Source: Octopus bimaculoides (Eukaryota). Taken from it: 64,000 nucleotides of DNA. The DNA lies in the NCBI RefSeq assembly GCF_001194135.2, contig NC_068992.1:3065416-3129415 (forward strand). Direction: 5' to 3'. Made by a program: the position numbers and the translations under genes. Position 1 is the stretch's first letter, and the number at the start of each line of letters is the position of its first letter. The notes beneath the pieces were generated by a model that worked only from the letters and a program-made list of their open reading frames with translations, had not been told where the DNA came from and ran no database searches. Positions 22,413 to 36,387 of this stretch are shown piece after piece.

Positions 22413-25399
22413 TATGTTAATCCCTTCTAACCAAAATGTAGCCCTGAAGCTCAAGGATCTTAAGATTAAAATCAAGAAGCAGTGAGACATGAAAATAAAA
22501 ACAGCATAATTAAGTTCATCAGTGTGTCACGGGAGATATGAACAAGAACGTAACTAATCCATAGCAGAAAAAAGCTCACAACTTTACACAGTGTAAGAGT
22601 TTATGGCACAATCCAAGTTTTATGCAAGATATTTACAACTCAGCAGCCTTACCCAAGTAGTACTCTCTCTGCTCACAGAACATACTCTCTACATACATTG
22701 CTTAATGAAATTCTATTTTCTCCATTATGACACCTCCAAACAATATAATAAGACACATACTCTGCACATTCATGATCCAATAAAATAACACAGAATTTAC
22801 TCTATGCAGTTGCTACCTCAAATTACGGTACCAAACACTTCACATTCCATATAGTTGGAACACAATAATATAACACTCACACAGCACACGCTTCACATAC
22901 ATTTAACACCAATAACACAACCCATATGTCACAGACACACATACATTGCTCAACAAAATAACACAAGTTACACAAAAGACAAAAACATTAAAACGATACC
23001 AGAACAACAGAAATTAATAGTCTCTAATCACAATTCTAAATTCCTGAAACACAATGCTACTATAGGAACACAGTGGTGCACAAGAACCTTGCATAACACT
23101 TCTAAAAACAGAATAAATAACAATGACGGTGATATTTCGGTACATGGTGGTGAACTCGAAGATACAGTTGATATAATGCAATATTGTGAAATGTTGTGAC
23201 TCTAAACAATAATATTGCAGTATTGTAAACACATAATCTAATGATGAAAGAAGAGTTACTGAAGCTAAAATCTAATATATTTTGTTTATACTTCTATTGA
23301 CTTGATAATATTTCTTGTTGTGTTTATTACAAAGTAAGGCAGTTTAAAATTTGATTCTGAGGAAACGTGTTGCTTTTATTAGAGTTTAAATTATTGGCAG
23401 TAGGTGATAGCATGACGTCAGACACTTTCACGGGTTACTGTGCTTTTTTACCCTCCCACTTCCAGAACGAATGCATAAAATATTTCATTAAGAAGCCGTA
23501 ATGCATTTCTGTTTATTATCTCCACAAAACTGTGCTATATGGAACCACTAATGTGTACAATCCAGTATTACACCATAAAATTAAGAGTACCGAGTTTCTT
23601 ATAACAAAATTATTCTGCTAAATGCTATTCACATCACATTCTTTGTTTAAAACGGAGACAGATAAAGGATAGAAAATTAATACAAGATCTGAGAAACACA
23701 AATTTACATAGGTCAACATAAATACTCTACATTGTCTGCATTTTATTTTTTGTTACTTTAGAGTACATTAAAGAGTGGTACTTGCTTTTAGTGTTATCTG
23801 CATACTATCATCCAGAAGCACCAGAAGTAGACGCTTTGAGCAGAGATACCATTATCATCACTTTTCCATGATCACATGGTTTGGAAAGAATTTATGGAGA
23901 GGGATTTTCTACAGTTGGCTACCTTTCCTTTCCCAAATTGCATCTGAATTTTCCTTCTCCTAAAGTGTAGGTCTGGCAGAAGTGAGAAGCCAGATGAGTG
24001 CTGCTTACGTTTAAGAGAACTAGGAAGCAAATGCATTGCTCGAAGTCCAGTTGCAGCTGTCACACGCGCGCGCGCACATATGAACGACTTGGCTAAAATG
24101 AAGAAGGAAGTTCAGCCAAAATAGCAAATGACTTTGAGAAATGTTATCAAGCAATTGTTTACTCTATATTCCTATATTAATGTATACATTCTTTGTTAGA
24201 AACGATGTATGTCACTTTAAAATACTACTTACTCTGAAAAGGTTAGTGCCGATTAAGTAGCCCTATCTAATGGAAATATGAAACGCTGCAAAATTGCCTA
24301 TGGCAGTATGATTAATAATGGCAAATCACCGTGACAAAGCTCCACATATGTTTGCTATAGCATAGTGAAGCTTTAAACAGATAAAATTTGCGTTTGTGTA
24401 AGAAATCAATAAGAATAATCTGGAGAGAAAAAGTCACATGTGAAAACGAGAAAATAGAGTTTGAAAATCTTCTGTAGGAGGTAAATGTGAGTAATGATCA
24501 TATAGTCAACGAAAATGGCAGATAGATGTGTATATAAGGATAACTATATAACTCATTCATATAGTTATCTATTTTGTAGAAAGTTTATTTTGCCATGAGG
24601 CAAAAGCATTCGAATTGGAGTGAATAAACGTTCTATGCTGAAAATAGTGAAATGTTAATATAAAACTGGTGAAAATGAGATGAACTATGTACAAAGTGTA
24701 GAGCTAGTTACTAAGATACACATAGCATTGAGAAGAGTTAACAGAATGTGAGCAAGGAGTTGCGCAACGATGTAAATGAAGACATGATCTAATAGCCATA
24801 TGACTTTGTAGTAAAAGCATACAAAAACAAAGGGACCGATTTGTTGAAGAGAGATTTAATCGATGCAGAGAACTAAAATATCGAATTATTGATATTCTCC
24901 TCATAGTTGGCGATAGAAAGGAAAAGCGTGTAGTAATTTTTAATGGCTTTCAAAAATAGTGAACACAGTTTCCAGAAATTAAAAATAAATTTCTGAAGCA
25001 CTAATTTATATGATTATGTGTAGAGAACAGTTTGCTCTTTGTTTACGAGCAAGGAACAGCTATGGACATATGTTTTGGTCAATTGGACGTCATCCGCATT
25101 TATAGTACATCGCATATATAAAACAACGTGTCGATCAGTGAACAAACTTTTACATATACATAAAAAACTTTACGTATAATTTTGACCTGAATAATTTGCA
25201 TAACGAAAAGGAAATAACTCAAATAGGCTAATAGAATATATGTAAATAATTCAGTTAAAAGTGATGTAAATAGCCAAGGAAAGTAACAAAAAGAGTTTTA
25301 TTTTAAGTGAATCAGATGAAACTTACCTTTGATAAGATGCGATTTGTACCAGAACAGGGTATGAGACAATTACAGAAGCTTTTAGCAAGATGCAAGCTT

Positions 25400-26075
25400 C
25401 TCCATCCAGCATTCTTTAAACTAGAGAAGGAATATAACAGGGTATTATACTCTGTGGTTAGGTGGTTGCTGAGAAAATTAGGCATACATGAATAATTTTT
25501 GAGAGCCATGCAAGCCATGTGCTAAGATGCAGTCAACAGAGCGAGGGCAACAATGACTTCAATGAGGATTTAGTGTGCAGGTAGGCTTCTGTCAGGTCGT
25601 GATTGTCAACCGACGTCTGTTTAAGTCCAGCCATCCATAGGAATTTGTATGCCAGCGACTTACTTCTGATCATTGGATGAGGTGGAGATACGGAGAAGTT
25701 ATAGAGCCTAGCAAAGACGAAATTTTTAGTAAGAAGAGAGGTTTCTCTTGCCATCTTAGAACTGACCATACTTGATGTGCAGAAAAAAAGTTGGCAAAAA
25801 TTCCATACAGCCTGTCGAATGTAAAGTACGGATGCACATCAAGTGAAATGATAAACAAGCTAACACAAACAGACTTTGTAGGTAGATGTACAGTAGTTAT
25901 CAACTGTATGACCACATATGTAAAACGTCTTAGAAATTCTCATAGGGTTTCTTAATCGTAGTTGACCTAGGTGACAAAATTAGAAACCGAAAGAGAATGC
26001 TCCTAAAGAAAAACAACCAGAGTAAGAACTTGTTGGAAAATATTCGAGCAACTGTTACTTTTGCTGGCAACTAAA
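25400..26075 (+). mobile_element. RTE-clade LINE reverse-transcriptase fragment, degenerate
   Basis: AFFKLEKEYNRV..VVRWLLRKLGIHE*FLRAMQAM, LYASDLLLI (YADD-like), SLAKTKFLV, CRKKVGKNSI, DLGDKI and TRVRTCWKIFEQLLLLL occur in RTE order. Confidence 0.8.
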
Positions 26076-27220
26076 TGTCTCTCTCTCTCTCTATAGGAGT
26101 AGAAAATTTGTATGATGCTTGAGTACGAAGTGTAGTATTTTGTATTAATAAAATATAGGCAGTGAATGCACAGGATGTGCAAAAGATGGGAAAGTGAGAA
26201 AACTTGGTGTAAGAGGAATAAGATGAAGTGTGCTGGTGATACAGACCAGAGTTGTGTATATAAAATGGATAAAGAAAGTGGATAACGAGTTCATGCAACC
26301 AATCAGGTGGAAGAAGTTTGTAGAACACATGAGAATAAGTAGTGAAATCTAATATTGGGAAAAATGAACCTCAAGAAGAAGAAAATGGAATTGACGAAAC
26401 ATTATACTCCATGCAAACACAAAACGACGGTAGTGATAATGACGACGACGACTACGACGACTATGGTGGTGNNNNNNNNNNNNNNNNNNNGGCGACGGTG
26501 ATGATGACGATGACGGTAATAATGATGGTGATTGTGTATATATTGATAGTAAATATATTCAAGTTGATATTTGTGGTGTGTTATGTATGAACTAAACTGA
26601 ATAAAACCGTCATTTGTAAACTTAAGAATTTCGATATAACATATATCAGATACCCGAACCATCATCCGGACGAATGTGCTACTGTCACATAATTTCTCAC
26701 CTGGGTATCCTTTATCCCTCTTCACCTTCCACCCTGTTATACTACCCTTCCTCGGCAACTTTCATTTATTCGAGCCAATGAGTAAGCTAAATCTCTCGTC
26801 TTCTTAAAACAGCACAATGGATGTCCTCCTTCCTTTTTGTCAATGTGCATCGGAAAATGACGAAACAGACAAAACTGGGGTAAATTTGACCAGGATTGGC
26901 ATGACGTCAAACAGCAGAAGCAATAACAACTTCTGCTTATAACAACTGATCACCGTAACCGCATGAGCTAATTCAAGTATCCATTCCACCATTCGTTGAT
27001 AAGGAACACAAATATATGCGACCTATAGAGAAGCAGTTTATTTCTCCCTAACCACATTTGGAACATCCACTTGCACATGATTCTGGTGCTATACTTCTCC
27101 CAGAATCTCATAACCCACAGTTTCACTAGGTTTCGTCCGTCCCGGGGTCAATATGATTTACTATTTTTACTGTAACTCCTCGCTTGTCTCTGTCTGTTGT
27201 ACAATTTCGAACCATACACG

Positions 27221-27296
<76 letters not shown>

Positions 27297-27454
27297 NNNN
27301 NNNNNNNNNNNNNNNNNNNNNNNNNNNNNNNNNNNNNNNNNNNNNNNNNNNNNNNNNNNNNNNNNNNNNNNNNNNNNNNNNNNNNNNNNNNNNNNNNNNN
27401 NNNNNNNNNNNNNNNTATATATATGCAAGCATATATATATATATATATATGCTT

Positions 27455-27815
27455 GCAGGCGTGGCTGTGTGGTTAGAAGCTTGCTTCCCAACCTTATGAT
27501 TCTGGGTTCAGTCCCACTGCGTGGCACCTTGAGCAAGTGTCTTCTACTAGAGCCTCGGGCCGACCATATGTGTATATATATATATATCTATGTGTGTGTC
27601 TTTGTGTCAGTATTTGTCCCCACCACCATCGCTTGACAACCGATGCTGGTGTGTTTACGTCCCCACAACTAAGCGATCCGGCAAAAGGGACCGATAGAGT
27701 AAGTAATAGGATTACAAAGAATAAGCCTTGGGGTAGATTTCTTCGACTAATAACTCTTTAAGTGCCCAGCATGGCTGCACTCAAATAACTGAAACAAGTA
27801 AAAGAATAAAAAAGA
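27455..27815 (+). mobile_element. SINE family B, internally deleted
   Basis: GCAGGCGTGGCTGTGTGG..GGCACCTTGAGCAAGTGTCTTCTAC..GCATGGCTGCACTCAAATAACTGAAAC. Confidence 0.9.
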
Positions 27816-30039
27816 ACACGTATGTATATGTCTGTAAATAAACGGGAGCATACATGCATGTCTTATATATATCTATGTAAACCTTTGTGTATAAGTGGAC
27901 ATGTTCTGCTACGTCTGTGTGTATCTGCACGGCTGTGTGTGCATCAACCTTTACACTCTTCCCTCCTACTATTCCTTGCTAAATATTTATCTTTCCAAAT
28001 TATGAATATTTTATGGATGTCTTTATATTTAAACAGCTTTTCTAGATCTGGCTGCTCTTCATTTTCCACTCCCTCGGTTTACTATTTTCGTCTCTTCACC
28101 CATCTTTACTTCCATCACTTCTTGCTTTGTTTGTATATTCTTAAATTCCCCCTTGTTCAACTTCTTTTCAGATTTTAGACTCTGATGAACAAGCAATGGC
28201 GAAAGGAAATAATCATAAGGTTCATAATGTAGAGAGATGCTTTCAAAAAGGATTATCAATCGAAAAAAAATTTGAAAATCATATTTTCTTAGCTGTGTGC
28301 TAATGTCAGAAGCTCAACACACTAGCAATATCAAATTTGAACTCATGGATATATATTATCAGGTCAAATACGTACATCTCACATCTAATGAAACTTGCTT
28401 TATACTGCAGAAGACAAAATAATATAAATGATGATATAACATTAAAGTGAAAGAAAGAATAGAAAAGAAAAATACACTAACTATTTTTATCCATCGTAGA
28501 AAAGTTTAAAACAAAGCAGCAAGTTTAAATAGCATTCACAGACTTTGAAGAGAGAATTTGGCCAGATATAGCTGGAAAGAAAGTTGTCTGAAGAAGAACA
28601 GTAAGAAGATAATGTTGCTAGCAATTCAATGAACCAAAAATGAACTACACTTGTATCATACCTGAGTTATTGCTTTAAAAACAATTCTAGATTCTAGGCC
28701 AAACTTAGATAACTATTAATGGATTATTGCATTTCTCCTGCTTAGTAGGATCTATCCACTTCAACTGAATAGAAATATACCCCAAATGCATGGAACCATG
28801 TGGCTTTTCTCAGAATATCATCTAACGTTAATATCTTCTATATTCAATGCCCTCATATCTGAAGATATTCCTTGCTAGATCTCCTTCAAAATCTCTCATG
28901 ACAGACATTATTATTTCAGCTGAAAACTAGGATATTTTTCGTTTCTTTCTTACTACCCTCTGCAAATTCTTTCTTTTATGCATTAAGATTTTATTATTCT
29001 TGTATTGAAGTATCTTATGATTCCTTAGATAGCTTTTCTAATTTAAACATATAGTATAGATATATTTCTATTTTTACAAAAAAAATACAATATATTCGAA
29101 TTTCTGTTATTCTCATTGGCATTCAAATTCTCTCAGTCTATATTGTACGATTTTTTTATTCATCAACTTTTGGAAACAGACTGTCGGTCTATCTGTCTGT
29201 CTCCTTCTCTCCCACTTTTATGTGCTTTTCCACTATAAGTTTCCTACGTATTTTTTACCTTCTTATCGTAAAAATTAGAACTCAAAATGTGTAACTAAAT
29301 GTATGTCAAGAATAAATATTAGCTGCACATCAGTATATTTGTTGAAAACACCTACTTCAAAACTATTTTCACATCGTTTTTTTAATTTCCTCTTAGCCTG
29401 ATATTTTTAAAATTTATATTTTATTCCAAACATATAGCTTTTTTTTTTTTATAACACAAGCCAATCCCAGATCTTTTATTTACCTTCTGTCTTGCTACAA
29501 TATTCTTGGAAAAAAGTTCTTTTCCTATGTTTTTTTTTGTTCTTTCCTGTCATTGTAGTTTATTTGTCTGTTCCACAGCAAAAATAACAACATTCAAACA
29601 CGCACAAAAAAGACACAACTGACTTATTGACTATTTTTTAATTCTCCACTAAATTTCAGGGGATGACAGATGCTGGAAAGAGATATTCTGAACATATTAA
29701 GATAAACTGTTGTTTTTAAAGATAGTTTATATTCTTAAATAATGCAATAGCCCACACACCTAACTCCCACATACTCTTTGGTACTCTGAGTTTCAAGTGT
29801 GTGGCTAGTCTTCAGCCATTGGGTCTGAATGAGAGTCCGATTGAAGGGAATCAATGTTTATTACTGGACGTTAGCCTGCGAATAGTCGAGAAAGATCATG
29901 GGGTATAACGGTTTGATGTCGGTGTTTCAGCGACAACAGTTAGTTGGAAAATACCACATGGTGAACAGGAAATCGACCGCGTGGTGGACAAGAAATTGGT
30001 TGTGTGGTTGGGGGAAGTAGGAAGGGGTGGTAGACGTGG

Positions 30040-30430
30040 GGTATATATGTACATGTATGTACTCATATATCAGCGTGTATGCATCCGTATGTGTGTATGT
30101 GTGCTTAGATGTACACTCACACATTCACGAACGCGCGCACACACATATGCACATACGAACACACAAACATACACACACGCACTGACACACACAAGCACGT
30201 GTGCACACCTTTATCTCCATGTATATATGCACACGAGCACACGCTACGCGCTCACACAATAGCGAGCACGTATACATACATGCACACTTGCACATGTATA
30301 TGGCGTGCACCCGCACATATGTACATCCGCACAGACACATCCGTGCGCATGCATACGGTGAGCAGATACATATGTGCACTAACTCACACGCGCATGCGCA
30401 CATATACTTGTGTGGTCATGCACAAGGGGT
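30040..30430. repeat. Degenerate CA/TG/CG alternating low-complexity tract
   Basis: Alternating purine-pyrimidine composition over ~390 bp. Confidence 0.8.
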
Positions 30431-31200
30431 AGACAGGCATAGAGAAGTTTGAGGGATCGGTGATTTGTAGTGCTGTTCATGGGGGTTAATTTGTGACGGT
30501 GACCTTGGTGCAGGCGGTGCTAGGGGTGGCTGGTACAAAGTGGGTATTTCCGGGTTGTCGGCGGTCAGAGGCTTGAAATTTACTGGGTTGGTAGATGATA
30601 TGCAGCTTTTCGCGGAAGCACAACTAGCAGCTAGGGGCACCGGGTGAATATGGTGGTACCCTGTCGATAATAGCCCATTTGATGTTGGGTGTTTCATCTC
30701 GGAGGTCACGAAATCTCCAGAGAAAGCGTGACAAAGAAGTGAAGTTCTCTCTGTCCCTGGATCTAAATGAATGCAAGTACTGAGAATATCTTCCCCTGAA
30801 GTCATTGGCTGTCATGCCCGTGTAGTGCGTAGTAATTCCATCAGATGGTGTAAGGGTGGCTCTGTATACTACAGCCCTTGAAATGCAGGATCCTCCTAGA
30901 GGGCAGGGAGTAGGGTTTCGGAAGGTTGCAGATCGGGGTTGTGGATTGTGTGGGTGCGTGTTTACGTCTGTTGATGCGTGCGATGTTAGATGTGATGTTG
31001 TCTAAGCGGGAGTAGCTTACTTTGAAATTACGGGAGATGGAGAGTTTGTAATACTTATGGCCTCTAGGTAAATGTTTCTTTATTAACGACAGGAAGCTCC
31101 TGGTTACGGTGATAGAAACTTCTAGGTTAAACGGGGGTTATACCAGATTATTTTCCTTTTCCTAATTCTCTCGGGGTGAGGAGAGAAGGTTTGGGGTCCA
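30430..31200 (-). mobile_element. Penelope-like element linker and GIY-YIG endonuclease region, degenerate
   Basis: RKRKIIWYNPPFNL..FLSLIKKHLPRGHKYYK..KVSYS followed by MTANDFRGRYSQYLHSFR..TSLSRFLWRFRD..IKWAIIDRVPPY. Confidence 0.85.
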
Positions 31201-31439
31201 TCCACTTACGTGAGCTCAGAAAATCCGCTCCTCGCCAAAGCACCGTTGCAGTGGGTGGCGGCTCTATTAAAGATCTCCATATTGGCTGAGAGTTTAGACA
31301 CCCGTTTGCTAATGCCTGAAACCAGGTTTCTAATTATAGCGGGGTGGGGGAGAGCTTGAGCCCTTGTGAATATAAAGCCAAACATCCACAGATGTTGTTG
31401 TAGAAGGGTTCTCGTAGAAGAAAGCTTTCCAGCGCATTC

Positions 31440-31622
31440 GTTTGATGACACTTTCGGTCTTCTCCGTGAGTCATTTCTTACAGCTTTACGCTCTGAGTTC
31501 AAATTCCGTCGAAGTCGAGTTTGGGGTGGATAAAATAAGTACCCGTTGAGCATTGGGTCAATGTGATCAACTTTTCCCCTTCCCAAACATTTCATGCCTT
31601 GTACCTATAGTAGAAAGAATGA
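31440..31622 (+). mobile_element. SINE family A, diverged and deleted
   Basis: CTGAGTTCAAATTCCGTCGAAGTCGA..GATAAAATAAGTACC..CCTTGTACCTATAGTAGAAAG. Confidence 0.75.
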
Positions 31623-33159
31623 TTGGCATGTAGCAGATAGCTTCCTTGGATTTGAACTTACAACATCTACGTTTAAATGTAAACACACCTGTGATTAGCA
31701 TTACCATAATTGGTAACGTCGGTCAAAGCTAGCTGTGCTATATCCTTAAACTTTTTTTTTAATGTCTACTGAAGCTTTTTGGGTATTGACAGACAACAAT
31801 GTAAGCTTTAATTTTTGCACTTAAATATCCAAAGCAACTTCCTCGAAGCTTTTAACAAGCTTATATAAACTCTGGAAATTGGCTCTCTTAGTTGATCAAC
31901 TTTATTGTAGCCGGAAGCTGTGACATAAGGTTCATTTTGATAAGACAGCAGTACTCAACTCTCTCTTGCTATTTCACTATCCTTTATTTCGCATAAACTT
32001 ATTTACAAAAATGCAAGTTAAACTCTAAATCAAATCTATTATTATTTAATGTTCTTAAAATACTGTTGAAGTTATTTCACTTTTTTCAATTTGTCATTAC
32101 ATTTTCCTCAACATTTAAGCTATTACGTCCTAAAAATTGGTAGCATTGTCATAACTCTGCTAAAACCATTAATAGCATTACTTTCCATTACTAACTCTCT
32201 GTGCATGTGTGCGTATTGGTGAGACATGTCATGATTCATGTAGCACAGATATATTCTTGCAAGTTAAACTATCATTTACTAAAACCTCATTTTAACTGTT
32301 TATTAACTGCATAAGTCTAACTAATATAGTATTGCAAAGTAACTGAGATATCACACCGTCTTCTTATTACGATGCAGGAGATTAATATAATCAATCTTTC
32401 TTTCGCAAATTCATTTCTCTTTTTGCCTGATTTATTTAACAAGACAAAAATCTTCTCAGTCAAGAAAATGTATGGAAGGACACAAATATATTTAATTGAA
32501 TGGAGTCTTCAAAGAAAAACAGTATTTGATTAACAAAGAGAAAAGTATGCACTGTTGTATACTGTATTTTATATCCTAGTACAATTTCTTTCTGGCTTGA
32601 AGGCATCTCTGTACATTGTTCTGTAAAATAAACTATTAATCCAAAACTATTTTCAAAACATTCCTAAGTTATTTATTCAAAGCGTTTGCCAATATATTTA
32701 TATCTACATAACGTCTAGCAAGTAGGAATAACTCTACCGCTTTGCTATACTGTATCTTCATTACTGAATGTAAGCACACATAATAAAAATCTGACGTACA
32801 TAGTTTCTAAAAGCTATTTCTACAAATGGGTTCACTAATGTAATGAAGTAAACCCTTCACTAAAAAAAAAACATCCCCGCCATGATAATCCTAGCTTTTT
32901 TTTTCTCTAAAACACTAATATCACCGCAGTTGAAATGTCTTCTATTTGCCCGATTAGTGCTGACTGAGATCATAAGGGTAACAATGATTATACCTCTCAT
33001 CAATTAAACTATATTAGCCCAATCACTTTTTTTATTAGCCGGGCCAAATGCCACCCAGCTTTTCCGTTACTTCGTTGTCCATTTACCAATGATCCTTTAT
33101 ATATATATATATGTTTATAATCTTCAAGGAAAGATCCAGAGAAACAGTTACCAGGGTAG

Positions 33160-33312
33160 CCAAATGTCTAGTGGTGATCGTTCTGATAAGAAAAGAATTC
33201 TTGAACTTGGTGAGTTCCAGGACATGATTGGCAACGATCCCTCCAAGTCAATCAGGTCCATCACCAGGGATATGGGAGTTCTGAGTTTTTTATCAGGGAG
33301 GTAGTGCATGAA
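33160..33312 (+). mobile_element. Tc1/mariner (maT/DD37D-like) transposase HTH fragment
   Basis: DRSDKKRILELGEFQDMIGNDPSKSIRSITRDMGV(S)EF.IREVVHE resembles the second HTH region of maT-like transposases. Confidence 0.65.
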
Positions 33313-33339
33313 CCCAGTTAACAGGGAAGTGACCTGGGG

Positions 33340-33690
33340 CATGAATGCGGCTATTCCTTCGAAAAGTGAACGAAGTGTAAACTTTGGATATAAGCTGTGC
33401 TGTAGGACTTTTGCAACCCAGAAAGACTTGAAGACACATCAGGGAAAGACTTGTAAGAAGAGGACAGAGCAGTGTGGATCCTCTGATCGTAAAACACATG
33501 GTGTCATGCTGTATCGGTCTTTGCTTTTCTTTTGAACAACATCAGTGACGTGGAGAGGAGAGACTGATATGCATGGGCGACTGCTGGTCCTCCACAAAAC
33601 AACCTTACCCGGAGATGTGCCTCGGAGGAGAACTTTCTTGGTGAAGTCCCATGGTTATTCATGACCAAAGGCAAACTTTACCGTCTTATA
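33340..33690 (+). mobile_element. Probable LINE remnant with N-terminal zinc-finger-like motif (R2/HERO-like)
   Basis: KLCCRTFATQKDLKTHQGKTC resembles the C..C.R.F.T..GL..HQ...C fingers at the start of RLE-type LINE ORFs; followed by a GC-richer UTR-like block. Confidence 0.4.
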
Positions 33691-33931
33691 TGTATGTATA
33701 TGTATAATTCAAATTTACAGATGTTTGTTTATGTAAGTATGTGCGAGTTTAACTAGAGTCAACAATTAAATGAATTCTCTAAAATCATAAATTAATCAAT
33801 AGATCTATTTCTCTTTAATATCTCTGATGTTTTAATAATGATATCAAAAATACACATTCGAGTGTTTACACGCATATAACGAATATGCGCACACATACGT
33901 ATGTTCATCCTTGCATACACACACGTACATA

Positions 33932-33934
<3 letters not shown>

Positions 33935-34001
<67 letters not shown>
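33935..34001. repeat. (TG)n microsatellite
   Basis: Direct inspection. Confidence 0.95.
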
Positions 34002-34005
<4 letters not shown>

Positions 34006-34272
34006 ATTTGTTCATTTGCAGAATCTGCAATTCACTGGGGACCTTCTCCATTCCAATATGTCATTGCAACTTTACATGAAACAGGCCTTATAAACATTGG
34101 TAATTATGCATAAAAGCTCTGAGGTATTGGAAAATGCATGTGAGTTTGGAATCATGAAACAGTTGTTCCTCGAACCATTTCAACTGAATTGAATCTAGCG
34201 AATAATATTTAAAGTAAAATAAATGGGAAATAAATTTCTTCATTAATAACAATACTCTCATAATAAAACAAC

Positions 34273-34303
<31 letters not shown>

Positions 34304-35587
34304 TTAATCTTCTTAATATCAATATTATTAATATTAATACTAATAATATTCACTTTAACATTACTGAAAGGGAAATAATTCTAAAAATAATATAAAAGAA
34401 TGCACGTTTTTCACTTTACTTTTCTGTCATTTAATATGATTATACAAAAATGTTTAAAATAAACAAAACACTGCAAAATGCTGGTGTAATTTTTAGTTGT
34501 TAAAATGATTCCTTCAAATGATAATAACGTTAATGATAATAACAACAATAATAATAATAATTTTTAAATGTAGCTCTGTTTTATTTTGCTCTAAGGTCGA
34601 TGTGGCCTATTTTAACGAAATCATGTTGTAGTTTGGTTAATTGTTTTAGACTTAAATATTTTCAAAGCAAAAAGCATTTTAGAGAATAAAATTGGTGCGA
34701 GTGAAACGTGTATTGAACTGGAGTCTTTAACAAGTGAGCAGTGAACTTTGTAATTGCAAAAGATTGTTGAAATCTAGTTTGAATTCAAGATTTAATTTTG
34801 TCTTATTTGTTGGAACTGAGCGATGAAGTGTAAGGCATATTTTAGACTTCTTAGCATTGACTTGGTAACAAATACAAGAGAGAAAGTGTGAAGAGCTTCT
34901 CTGCAGTTGGCAAAATTAAATAACAGAAAAGAAAAATGATTTGTGTTCTAGAAGTGAAGCTTGACTGCATTAAATATGATCTTATGCATACACATACACA
35001 TATACTCATGTACATACACTTTCATATATCTGTACACACGTATACTCAGACACAAAACAAACGTGAAAATGGACATATTTGACTTAAGAACAGAGATATA
35101 ACAAAATTTACAGAATAACTTTTAAACATTTAAAAAAGAATCGAGTATCGTAATGTGTACAATAAGCTTTCGAAGTAAGTTCAATGACTATTTGACATTT
35201 CTCCATGAATCAGATAAATTGCATGGTTCTTCTAATAAGACAAAGAATTTATATAGGAATAACTTTTGTGTAGCACAAAAACTCCCCATAGATGTTTATT
35301 CATTACATACGGAAACAAGTCCCGTTGATTCTTAAAAACACATCGTTCGGCCATAAAACACACTTCATTAAAAACATTTATCCACAATAGATATGCCCAT
35401 AACAGAGTTAGTTTTTACAGCTAACACCGATCATAAATACTAATACATACATTTCTAAAGAGAACCTTATTCCCCCAACACACACATATAATACATATTT
35501 TATGTTATATGACCACCGTGATAAAACATTTATCTCAGACATACACAAAAGCATATCAGAGGGAGATGTCGACAAATTTTCACACAT

Positions 35588-35619
<32 letters not shown>

Positions 35620-36239
35620 GTATCTATATAAATTTTTGTTGGTCACAGAGAAGCGATAAATTACAGAATTCATTACACAAGTGTATTTTTCAATAGATTA
35701 TAACTGAAAGTCACATATAATTCCAGTAAACCGAGTACACGTTTCAAATCATTCACGTGGTAATAAAAGCCTATATTACAATGAAACGTCTGTTCTTTGA
35801 ATATGCTTTGAAATATATGGAAGTTAAGAAAGTGCTCCTCTTTATGTATAGACATGCAACATATATATACACGAACATACATATGCATATATGTTTTAAT
35901 AGCTATATATTCTATATGTGTGTATGTGTGTGTGTGTGTGTATGTGTGTATGCATAGCAATATGCATTTGTACGCATTTATCACGTGACGTTTCAATTTT
36001 GATTTTTAGTTAAATGTTCCAGAAAGCATTGTAATTCATTCTATGAAGAAACAAGATCCCTAATGCGAAGTCAGTTTCATAAAAGCCACGCCTTTATTGA
36101 ACTCATAAAGAAAAATATGCCGAATATGCTCCTTTGTTACTTCCATTATATGATAGCTTTGAAAAACAACTGTTAAAATCGAACTGCACTCTTCAAAACT
36201 TGCACGAAGATTAAGAGAAAAGGGAAAATTACTACCTGC

Positions 36240-36336
36240 TTTTATGGCAAGTTGATACAAATAGTTTATCTCGTCCCCTTCCGACTTTTAGCTCATGCAG
36301 TTGAAAAAAACGCATTATTTATGGGATGACCCAATA
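36240..36336 (-). mobile_element. Mariner-like terminus, truncated by a (GATA)/(TA) tract and gap
   Basis: Reverse strand begins TA-TTGGGTCATCCCATAAAATAATGCG, resembling a mariner TIR with TA target; partner end not seen. Confidence 0.4.
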
Positions 36337-36387
36337 TAGATAGGTAAATAGATAGATAGATAGATAGATAGATTATATATATATATA

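Noticed and set aside
25312-25518. Minus-strand ORF ending at AAG|GTAAGT as a host exon
   Set aside because: It overlaps the plus-strand RTE RT fragment, which explains its composition.
28180-28215. CTGATGA..GCGAAA hammerhead-like string
   Set aside because: Helix II is at most 2 bp and helices I and III do not form.
28662-28919. 258-bp candidate exon on the minus strand (TTTTCAG|..CAG|GTATGA)
   Set aside because: Stop codons occur in all three frames.
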